Both the position numbers and the translations under genes were made by a program. The notes beneath the pieces were generated by a model, which ran no database searches, had not been told where the DNA came from, and worked only from the letters and a program-made list of their open reading frames with translations. A DNA stretch of 61,602 bases, the filler included, from Basidiobolus ranarum (lineage: Eukaryota), in NCBI GenBank assembly GCA_040143965.1. It is 11 parts of 11 records of this genome, joined end to end, with 100 filler letters (N's around TTAATTAATTAA, not from the genome) between each part and the next. Parts side by side here need not be neighbours in the genome. Positions count along the whole stretch, not along the records: positions 11,240 to 16,755 come from JASJQH010008447.1; positions 16,856 to 22,369 come from JASJQH010008449.1; positions 22,470 to 27,981 come from JASJQH010008450.1; 8 more parts are not named here. One strand, written 5' to 3'. Below, piece after piece: positions 12,035 to 24,636 of the stretch (position 1 is its first letter; every line of letters starts with the position of its first letter).

Positions 12035-13654
12035 ATGATGGAAATTCATGATTATACTTGGCTCTTTGCGGTCGGATTGGTATTTTCTATGCTCGATGCT
12101 TACGGAATCGGTGCAAACGATGTAGCCAACTCCTTCTCCACCTCCGTTGCCTCTAAATCTTTAACGTTGGGTCAAGCCTGTTGTATCGCTATCTTTACTG
12201 AGTTCTTTGGTGCTCTCTTACTTGGTTCTTCAACCTCCGAAACTATCCGTGGAAAAATTATTTCTCTTGAGAATTTTGCTGGACAACCAGAGCTTCTCAT
12301 GGTAAGTACTTGCTTAATGACCCATTCGTGATATTTGCTGACCTGCTTTTTACACACCACTGACATATTTCTTCTATCAAAGCTTGCTATGACTTGTGCT
12401 GTCATTGGGTCTTCTCTATGGGTAATCTTTGCAACACGCAATGGTTGGCCTGTATCTACTACTCATTCTATAGTTGGTGCGATTATCGGTGTGGGTATAT
12501 CTGCCTTTGGAGTCAACAGCGTCGATTGGAGCTATGATGGAGTCGCCAAGATTGTAACCTCTTGGTTCGTCTCTCCAGTAGCTGCCGGAATCGTTGCTAG
12601 TATCATTTATATGGTGACCAAAATTTTCGTGTTAGCAAAGCCCAATTCTTTTGAGCGTGGTCTTCGTGCGATTCCTTTTTACTTCGGATTGACTGTCTTT
12701 ATCAGTTTAATTTATCTCTTCTACAAGGCTCCTGGTTTCAAGGATCTCACTGAACAGAGTATTGGTTTGGTTTGGGGTCTCACATCTGGGATTACCGTAT
12801 TGGTCATGATCTTCTGTTGGTTCTTCATAGCTCCCTGGTTCCGACGCACCATTCGTAATAATGAGAACCTTCGCTGGTATCATGTTTTTGTTACTCCTAT
12901 GATTAGTCCACGCCCCGAAAAAACTGAAGCAACCCTGGAGATGGATGAGAATGGTAACAAGAAGATCAATATTCAAGAACTCAATGAAGCAGAACTTCCC
13001 CCAACTGGTTTCATCGGAAAATTGAAAGGATATATCCTCAATGGAGTCCGTCAAGATGTGGTCAGCTGCAAGGGCGAAAGGCTTCAGAAAATCCATGAGG
13101 CTGCTGACAGATATGACGATGATACTGAGTATATGTATAGCTTCATTCAGATCATTACTGCCAGTATGGCTAGTTTCGCTCATGGTTCCAATGATGTAGC
13201 CAATGCCGTTGGTCCTCTTTCCACTATTTATTATGTGTGGAGTACAGCGACTGTTGATGTAAGCGGTAAAACTCCTGTACCTTTGTGGATCCTTGCAATG
13301 GGTGGTGTCTTCATCGACATCGGACTTTTAACCTACGGCTACAATATCATGCGTACTCTCGGTAACAAGATTACTTATCACTCTCCTTCTCGTGGATTCA
13401 GTATGGAATTAGGAAGTTGTCTTACTGTACTCACCGCCTCTCAAATCGGTCTCCCTGTATCTACCACCCACTGTATCACCGGAGCCACCGCTGCTGTAGG
13501 TCTTTGTAATGGAAGTACAAACACTATCAACTGGAGAATGATCGCTTGGTGCTTCTTTTCCTGGATTCTGACCCTTCCTTGTGCTGGATTAGTTGCTGGC
13601 TTACTGTTTTCGTTTGCCGCTTATGCTCCCAAGCTCCTTGCCCTCACCGTATAG
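12035..13654 (+). CDS. PHO89: PiT-family (Pho89/PHO4) inorganic phosphate symporter; exons 12035-12301, 12383-13654
   Basis: Both PiT signatures (GANDVANSFSTSV and HGSNDVANAVGP) and PVSTTH twice. Intron gtaagt...aag gives in-frame ELLM|LAMTCA. Confidence 0.95.
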
Positions 13655-14294
13655 AATAGTAATCGCTTATTCGTGTATCTATTGATAATAGTTACATCAA
13701 CAATGAACTAATAAAGATACCAAATTATTCATCATACAACGCATTCGATTTGACCGTCAGTTGCCAATGTAGAGATCATATAAATTGTGATAGTGGTTAG
13801 AATGCGTGACTATAATTCGTACATCGTTGCAGATTCCTCTTCTCTTTTGCAAAAAATACGATTGATCCCATTACCTTCGTAAGTGCTATATGATAAACCT
13901 ATCAGTCTACATTTGCTGCTTCTTAATGTGAGTGATTGCTCCTGATAGAGTGTAGTGATGTGAAGTGATAAGATTTCTATTCCTCATAGTTAGAATCACG
14001 CCAACATTATGATACTGAGTTCGAGTTATCACAGTGAATAGTACAACTTGAAGTATTATCACCAGCTGCATTTATCAGGTAAGTATGTAATACATATGTT
14101 ATATTTTAAACAAAAAGTGCTGTTATCAATTGTCCCTTTATCATTATAAAAGTATCCTAAGTTTCATTTCAACTTTCCTTTTCAGCCTGCTCGTTGTACA
14201 CCGCTAATAGCAAAGTATCATTCACTCAAAGAAAACGAAGTAGTGTGAGGGTTATTATGGGATAGTAATGTTATTGCTTTTTACAATTCCATTA

Positions 14295-14357
14295 ATACGG
14301 TCTAGTCATACTTGTTCGAGTCGTGGAGGTCCCAGGTTCAATTCCCGGCTGAGCCCC
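14295..14357 (+). pseudogene. Degenerate tRNA-Pro-like fragment
   Basis: 3' half GAGGTCCCAGGTTCAATTCCCGGCTGAGCCCC resembles the tRNA-Pro T-arm and acceptor, with a B-box and one T-stem mismatch. GGTCTAGT lies upstream, but no pairing 5' acceptor strand or anticodon arm can be built. Confidence 0.4.
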
Positions 14358-15494
14358 ACTTTACAGAATTTCTTAGCAAGTAAGCTATTATGCACTATTG
14401 GACAAATTGATATTCCAATTTCGTCCTGTGAGTACATCAATTACAATACTATCCTGAAAATATCCAAGTAATCAATTTCAAATTCTAGTAAATACTTGGT
14501 TATTTCATGAAGAAAGCTTCATCTGATAATGATAACTTTGCTGGAAGGATACCGCGACAAGTGGGAATAGATTTTCCTTCACTATATAGATATACAAGTC
14601 TGTACGTAATGAAAATGTATAGATTATGAAGCCATATATATATATATTATAATGTATTTATATATCCCGTGATTTTCAACCTGTCTACAAGTTTGAGTTG
14701 TGTATCCACGGTTCAGTTATGTTTTCATTGTGTTTGATTCCTATAATAGCTGATTAGATCTAACGTAGAGGTTATGGAAGGCCGGAAATTAGTTCAACTT
14801 TTACCATAAAGAACACTGGCATGTGTGAGATTTTACCCACCATCAGAATTTAATATATCCGATTTTAGCCAACAATGTGCTTTGAGTTATATCAATCGCT
14901 CGAATAAAACACTTGCATATGATTCTGAGTCTTGCTATTCCAGTTCAAATCCTAAAACATTTCAAGAATCGAATCATAATTTACAAGGATGGGTGCATCA
15001 ATTGTAGTAAAATAGGTTGCAGTAAGATAGGTCAAACTGATCATTAGATAACAATGGTCAGAAACCTTATCCTACTATGAGTTGAACTAGTCGTACCCTA
15101 AGTTGGCCACAATATCTATTCATTTGTTGACATCGTGAAAATCTATAAATTAGAAGGTTATCCAACCAAGTAGTGCTCATTCTTCCCAGGTTAGCCTCGC
15201 ATATTTGCTTTCTCACCGCTGATCTTGGTGTGCTAATTGTGAGGATCGGATAACAGAGGTTACCAGCCAGTGTATCAAAGAGGAAGTGTAAAATGTAAAG
15301 TTGCATTATAATTATGATGCCAGTATGGCATGCGATAATAACCTTTTTGAATTCTGTTTTAGTTAACCAGATACTAACACTACAGCCGTATCTCTTAACA
15401 TACTCTGAACGCTGATTCTCCATACAGCAAGTTGGATTTGGCAGATGAAGGAGCAAATACTTCTTCTGGGATCAATGCAAAGAACCCTTCTTTA

Positions 15495-15755
15495 TGAGGC
15501 AGAGCCACTTTACTAGTGAGCTTCATCAGTGGTGAGGCCATTGATGATCTCTACTGCTACAAAACCAACGTCTCTGGAACAGTTGGAGGAGTCAGCTATG
15601 GTGTAGCCAAGAAGGCCAAGCCCATTGGCATTAAGGTTATCAGTAGAAGTGGCAGTGGTACTGCCTTTGGTACCATCTCAGTAGGCACCTAAGTAGTCCA
15701 GTAAACCAATACTGGTGGTAAAAAGAGTATTGCCTACATGTCACTTAGTGGTGAT
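15495..15755 (+). pseudogene. Proteinase K-like subtilisin (S8A) pseudogene fragment
   Basis: SFISGEAIDDLYCYKTNVSGTVGGVSYGVAKKAKPIGIKVISRSGSGT...*VVQ*...KKSIAYMSLSG parallels DxNGHGTHVAGTxGGxTYGVAKKA..IAVKVL..SGSG...SVANMSLGG. The catalytic His motif is destroyed and there are two in-frame stops. Confidence 0.85.
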
Positions 15756-16855
15756 AAACGAGTGATATTAAAACAAATTCTTTACGCCACAGCAAGCTAA
15801 TATCCTTCACCAATATGGCTAATCCTTATGTGGCAAGTATTGTAGCGTTGTATCCAGCTCAACCTTCAATGTAATCAAAGTATTGAAGAATGCTTCACCA
15901 ATATCTTAGACCAATACTTTTAAAGTTCATGTTATAAAAGAATTGTGATATCGGTGTCCACACATCTAAAATCTTCCATAAAATGATTGTATATAAGTGT
16001 AAGAGATATAGTGATTGGTTGTATATAGAGAGTATTACAAGTTTGGTAAAGAGTGTGGTGTAAGTATCTTGGATATAATACCATTTAATATTGGGTGAAA
16101 AATAATAGAAAAACTGCATATATATATGTAAATGTTAATGTAGCTCTAGCTGCTAGGAAATATTTACGTTGTTAAAAAGCAATGCATCCAAGTTGCAACA
16201 TATGAGTGCTGGAGTCCAAGTATAGTGTATATGAGAAGTAATTTCAAAAGACAAGTAACTAAGCAAGAGTAAATAGATGCCAAGTGCATTTGCTCAATTT
16301 ATTCCTTATTTAGGGGGGAGACAGTCACCAACTGGTGAAATCTTTATTTCAAACAAAACAAAGAAGCCATAACTACTTTTGCAGTTTCTTAACTAATGTA
16401 TAGAGATCAGGAGTATTGGTATGAATGTTGCAAAGTAGAAAAGTTAAGTCAGTAGAGTCTAAGACACTATTAAGTGGAGTGGGAGGGAGTAACAAAGGTA
16501 AAAATAGTTTGTCAACAATTGAAATTAGTGGAATGAGACTGGGATTAACATAAAGCATAAAGGGAGTATGTTTCTGAAGATATTGCTGCCAAAGGTCCAC
16601 CAAGTATTCCTTGTAGGCAAGGGAGGGCTTCTCAGCTTGTTCTATAAAGGAAGCAAATTTTCTGACTTCATGATCTCCTAGCAGTATTCTCCAGCAAGAA
16701 GAAGAATTAGTCAAGTGGGAGCTTCTCCAGGACTTAATCAGAGGGTTCTGACTCTNNNNNNNNNNNNNNNNNNNNNNNNNNNNNNNNNNNNNNNNNNNNT
16801 TAATTAATTAANNNNNNNNNNNNNNNNNNNNNNNNNNNNNNNNNNNNNNNNNNNN

Positions 16856-18216
<1,361 letters not shown>

Positions 18217-20807
18217 TGTATAGGATGATCAACTGTATGAATATGCCTCTACACCCTCTTATTACCTCATAACTTACTACATAAATCTACCTTCAATCCA
18301 TTCTTTATCTTAAAATTTAAGCACACCCTTTGGCAGGTTGATGTCGTACGATTTATACATACAGAAATCAGTCTCTCGACCCACTTCACATACACACACA
18401 CACACACAGCTTAAAGCCTTTCGAAATACGATATTTTACATACACATGGCCGTGCACATACGTTACTTATCATATGATAGACTACCCCGAAGCCTCTTAC
18501 CTAGTTCCCAGCGAACACGTAGCATATATATATATAACAGGCTTGGAAAGACAATGCTACTACGTTTCCTATTTGCGATGGAAAAGATGACTTGGGCACA
18601 TACTCATAAGGATAATTTTGCAGTTGTTCAAAGCCCTCTACCCTGTCGAACCACCCAATTGCTTCATTCATAGCATTCACTCTAAATCGTATCCCTAGTA
18701 ATCTTATCACTCATTTCACCAGCTGTGATTTCTTTTGAAAGCTCAATAACATTCATGCTTGCTTGTTTTCGATTGATATAGCCCTGTTTCTTTGAGAAGT
18801 GGAAATCCAATATATATATACTTTTGATGAGGGAATCTGTTGGCAGTTGCCATGATAAATTGAATTCTGTGAGTTCTGAAATATAGCTTGGTTTCTTATA
18901 AATACAGTCCAATTTTTGTAAAGTTCAATAGTAACACAACCCGAAAGTAAAATGACAAATGAAAAAGCTCAAGTGCAACGTAACCCTTGTATATATATTA
19001 AGAGGATGAACTCCTCTGTAGCATACACTGAGGAGGAGTCGTATAAATTCATACAGCCAGCATGTCTACATGGGACCAGGTTGGGCTTTGATAATAAGCG
19101 AAACTCGTAAGGTCAATCATTCCAGCCCTGCGCTACGAGAGATCATGAAGTAGGATCATCATTATTGAGTGACGCCCAATTCAACTGGGATCGTTTTGGA
19201 TAGTGCTATAATTCTTTAGGCATAGTGATTTCGCTTTAAACCTGACTTCGGACTCGTTGGGGAGTGGATCATCGCCGGTTAAGCCAAGAAAGAAACAGAG
19301 GTTCGTTGGTAGAGTTTTGTCTAACGAATATTCATATAGAAGCGCATTTGAATCTCATGGATTTCGATTATCAAAGTACCTCCGCCCAACGTTGAAATGT
19401 CTTGGTTGTGTTTCAACCAATTCCATACAGTGGAATAATCCATTAGAACCAGCCTAGTCATCGTTTGATATCGCCAAATGGGTTTCTCTCACCTGAACTT
19501 GTTGTATTCAACCATAAGAACGAGAATCCAATGATTCAGCTTGCTTTGGAGACTGCCGAATCATTGGAAACTAACCAGAATCTGATAATTAAATCCAGAT
19601 GAGCGATGTTTCCGATACTTTTCCCGATTCAATTGTTCCCCAATGTCAGGCAGATCCTCACATAGCGCATTTGCTCAAAAATGACATAACTACAGTCCTT
19701 GTTTAGCTTATCGTCCCACAAGGTCTTGATCTGGACTGGCTTCAATGAGAACATCCACTCTACGCTTCTTCCCAATCATCTGCGCACGTGAGTATCAGGG
19801 ATACCTAACTTGGCGGTGATTCGACATTCGACTTAGGGTGGTCGTATACTCTGTTACCTGCAGATAATGCATCTTGCCAACCGGATTTTGCTACAGGCTT
19901 GTATCTTCATGCAGTCCATTCGTTCACTCACTTGAGCGGTGTCACGTCAACCTGCAAGGGAATGAAGTAGGTTCTGTGGTTATGTGAAGATTTTCACCAA
20001 TTTCCCCTTGGCCTAAATGCCAAAAATAGTATAGATTGGCATACCACCGGACATCAGGTGAAATGTCATGCGCTAGGCAGGAAATGTTTATAAATTCTCA
20101 TTTGTCAATTTATCAACTTTGGGTTACCATATATACAGACACACATACAGATATCGATCATGTCCTGACAAATTAATCCAAACTCTGTGAAAACCCATCT
20201 AGATATGGAAAAAAGAGGCATTCCCATACAATGGGATTATACGGATGCTGATACACCCCCATATTTTATATAGAAAATCGCCCGGGATACTGCGGACATG
20301 GGATTTCGCATATTTGAAGATTTGGCAACTTGCTAGTATCACTAAAACTGTAGACTAGGTAATCTACCACTATGTATTCCAATTTACAGTCATTATATAT
20401 CAACGTGATTTTGGAATGCAAGTTTACTATTACTGATGACAAATTTAAGTGATTATTTCACTTGCAAAACCACATTCTGAGTTACTTCAGAGCTCTATTC
20501 CAGAGTCATCAGTAGCCAGATTTCTAGGAATATTACCGAAATGTCAACAAAGTGAGGACTTACATTTTATGTGTTCTAATAACAGGTTTAATAAGCCATA
20601 CTAGAAGTGCACACCCTTAGTATCTCTTTATTTAAGGAGGTAAATGAACATTTCAAACTTGAATTTTGGAAGCCACAAAGCAATCCATAGATTCACATCT
20701 GGATTACATGTTTGCTTTGGTTCTCCATTTCAATTCAAAATACAATAATCTTCTTATGACTATTCTAACATATATTACCTGTCAGTTGAACAAAGACATC
20801 TAGAAGA

Positions 20808-21155
20808 TGTTAAAGTATTTGAGAGCCTATTGGAAGTGGTTTGGAGAAGTAGAGGAATTGGTGGTTTTCACTTATTGGTTTATTGAGTATTCAGTTGACA
20901 TTTATAGTTTTGTCAAGATATAGACAAACTAACATGTCAAATGTGTTAAGGAAGGTCCCAGGAACATGTGTGCAAAGTTTGGGGCTTCTAGCACAAGTTA
21001 GAAAACTTTTACCAACTTAGAAGTTCTCAGATCTATATATTTTTCAAAGTAAGTTCCAATTGAGAATAATGGATAATATCTTAGTGAATTATAAGATAAA
21101 TAAGTACTACGCTATATATGACTATATAGGTGCTTAGGCAATGCTAATTTCAACA
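20808..21155 (-). mobile_element. Solo LTR, family B, with 5-bp target-site duplication GAAGA
   Basis: TG...CA termini; GAAGA at 20803-20807 and 21156-21160; aligns to the PBS-adjacent LTR at 47569-47911. Confidence 0.92.
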
Positions 21156-21550
21156 GAAGAGATGTGTTGGTATGTGTATCAAATCAAAATTTCACTTCAA
21201 TATGTGAGAAAAAGAGGTTGTCAGTATTTGGCACAATGATAACAAATTTCTTGTATTGGACTTGTTCTCTGTGATAGTGCCAGATTGTGCTGTATACATC
21301 ATATTGGATAGAGTATTCTAAAATTTATGTGGCACAATTTGGCACTATCCAGCACCCTCTGGCATGATCAATTTCAATTGCATTTATACTAATATATTGA
21401 TTGAAGGTCTGATAAATCCTGACACAATGGAACAAGTCCATTGATTTTGTTAGTGAATAAGAAATAAATAACTTTAGTTATATTTAAAATATAATTATAG
21501 AAGCTAACAAATTTCAGGAAGCTATGATTGTGTTTGAAGATAAGAGTTAA

Positions 21551-21878
21551 TGTTGAAGGATCTTGACACAATGGGGATAGACTTTGTATATTAGAGACAG
21601 CTTGTGCTAGTGTTTTAGTTACTTTACTCTTAAGATAATATGGTGACTTATATAGCAAAGAAGTAAGTCAATTGTTGAGATATTCTCAAGTTTGTGTAAT
21701 AAGATATAATTGATATGTGGGGGTAATCAGCCATACCAGTTATATAGATATGGAGATATTCCTAATTAGAATAGAGAGACTATATACATTGCTTTATGTC
21801 TCTGATATAAGTATCAGAACAAAAGTTTCAAAGATATTGAATAAAGATTAATTATCCAGTACCTTCCCTTAATTCTTA
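21551..21878 (-). mobile_element. Family C 3' LTR (21551-21861) plus polypurine tract
   Basis: Reverse-complement match to the LTR at 50963-51278, including the adjacent TAAGAATTAAGGGAAG PPT. Confidence 0.85.
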
Positions 21879-21898
21879 TATAGCATTGTTCTTATATT

Positions 21899-22244
21899 TG
21901 TAGATATTAGCATTGCCTAAGCACCTATATAGCTATATATAGCTTAGTACTTAGTTATCCTATATTTCACTAAGATATTATCCATTATTCTCAATTGGAA
22001 TTTACTTAGAATATTTTTACCAACTTAGAAATTCTGAGATATATATTTTTCACACTTGTGCTAGAAGCCCCAAACTTTGCACAGATGTTCCTGGGACCTT
22101 CCTTAGCACATTCTACATGTTAGTTTGTTTACATTGTGACAAAACTATAAATGTTAACTGAATACTCAATAAATCAATACTTGCACCACACCAATTCCTC
22201 TAATTCCCCAAACCACTTCCAACAGGCTCCCAAATACTTTAACA
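21899..22244 (+). mobile_element. Solo LTR, family B, with TSD ATATT, nested in the 3' end of a family C element
   Basis: TG...CA ends; ATATT at 21894-21898 and 22245-22249. The flank GGCATTAGTGAATAT (minus strand) matches the sequence preceding the PPT at ~50917-50931. Confidence 0.92.
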
Positions 22245-24636
22245 ATATTCACTAATGCCTGTGTCATGATTCTGATCTTGGCATACTGATCCACTACAAA
22301 TAGAACTCCTCTATTATTAGATTATGACATCATATCTGCTGTGCCATCTCTTCTTGGCAATCTTGTGTTNNNNNNNNNNNNNNNNNNNNNNNNNNNNNNN
22401 NNNNNNNNNNNNNTTAATTAATTAANNNNNNNNNNNNNNNNNNNNNNNNNNNNNNNNNNNNNNNNNNNNTCAAGATATCTGGACCAAAATTAGGTGCTTG
22501 TACAGCAAACCCTGATATTGTATTGAGTGAAGGTGGAAAGCGTTTTGAAGCCACGCTATCGTTTGAAAATCAATTAGGCCATATTCGACAGGATCGCTTG
22601 CTCTGGTTCACAATTGCTTAACTTACTGGTGCCACTTAGGTCACATATCTACCTCTACCCAAACTTACAGAGATGAATTCCTCCAGAGTTTTTGTGGGTG
22701 TCTTTTCAGCTTTAGTAATCAAGTTTTCATAGTCCTTAAAGACTAGACACAATAGTAGCAAAAGACTGTTGCATATATAAAACTTCGACGAACGCTCCTC
22801 TATAATTACGAACGTAACAACCAAGCATACTTCATCGGATTTAGTTTGAAAATCCCTTTTTCCTTTATACCCTCTAAATCTTATATTTTATCCCTTAAAT
22901 GAGTGGGGTTTTGTTCAGTATTAATTCTTTAGAATTTTCAGTTGAGATGAATTTTCCAAAATAATCCCATCCCTTTCAGTAGTAGTATTTCTCGCTTCCA
23001 CTTCCATTCCCACTCCTCATCTAACATCAAGCGATCTATGTGCGCAGAGAGCCCATAGCTTAAAACGAATTTCGATAATATATTGTTGACAAGGTATTAT
23101 GAAATAATCCACATCTGTTAAAAAGTCGTCAATTTAAGTCTTTGTGAAATCCCAGTCGGTTACCGATTGATTTTGAACTACTTAAAAAGGAACTCCATGG
23201 AGTAACCTCTGAGCCATTGTTGGTTTGTGTATTTGTTCAATCATTTGAATGGCCAGTCTCGGAATAATATTAAATGGTTAAATGAAGTAGAATGAATTAT
23301 AAAATCAGGCATATACCTCTTTCTGAGCTGTGTGTCGGGCTGCTTTGACACCCAATTATATTTCAAGATTGTCAGAATATATATTTTCAGCATAAAATGT
23401 GATGAATCTCTAAAAGGCAGATGATCGATAAAGCTACGTGAACTAACTCGGTGGATGGGGTGGTGGGTACCAAAAAACCTGAAATATTAGCTCCAAAGAA
23501 TACTTGTTCTTTGTAGACAGTTCAGATAGCTTGGACAGTTTGAGCTCTGTATGGAAACTGGCCTAGGAGCCACCCGTGACCGACATATCTAAGTAATGGT
23601 GATGGATACCTCACAAAATCTTAGTGGCAACTTCACACCTGCAGAGTTCGAAATACTAATCTTGCCTATCGTAGTATTAATCAATCTTCTAACCATATAC
23701 CTTGCCGTTCTTGTAATCGCAGCATTGCAATCAATGCCATTCCTAAAAAAAATATCTTGAACCTTACCAACAATTTAGGCAGTGAAATTGTATCAAGTAT
23801 ACCTAGAGATGAAATTTTCTTCTGATAACTTCATCAATGTCTCACTTCATCTTGAAATACGGGTATGCTTCTACAGTCTCAGCTCAACAGCCAAAACAAT
23901 CGCCCTTTATATCACCAAACAACATCACCAAAAGCCTCAGGAGAGTAAGTCATCACTCGGGTATGTGGCAATCACGGAATTTTGGATGAGGTAACAGATG
24001 ACTTGGTGTTTTAAATAGTTCCAGATATTACTCATGTAAATTTTCTTAACCTTTCTCCTATGTTTCAAATGTGTGGCAATATTCAAGAACTTGATAGCTA
24101 TCTCACTGACATTCATTATGGAAATTCAAAGGTACTAAGGGAACCAACAATGCTTGATGCCTAATTTCAAGGAGCATATCGAACCATAGTACATATCTGT
24201 TTTTCAAGTTGCTGTCATATCAATCACGTCACGATCTTGAAGATGAGCCTAGCTTATTAATGTTTCTAATACAATACTAGTGAGTATTAGCCACATGTTC
24301 GAGTGGCCAAGGAAACTATCTTTATAATATCGATGAATCGAGGATTCATTATGGTACATGATGAGGTTGCAACATTCATTTCAAAGAACACCCAGAAACA
24401 GGTGAGAATCGATCTCCATTGGATTAGGAACGGTGATTAGGGAACATATCGAATGAGACATTTCGAAATATACCGTTAAAAAAGTGCAAAGTAAATGAAT
24501 CAAATGCTGTTGGATCAGGACATGAAAGTGTGAATTAAGAAAGAATAAACAACTGAATAGAGAGTGAGAAGTACACCTACTGAGTAGGCTAGATGTGCTT
24601 ATGTGTGTATTGTTATATAGGGAATCTATTTGCGTA

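Noticed and set aside
12707..13183. 158-aa antisense ORF, and similar short shadow ORFs over the USP, kinase, HK, RGS and arrestin genes
   Set aside because: Opposite-strand or off-frame shadows of well-supported genes, with no motifs.
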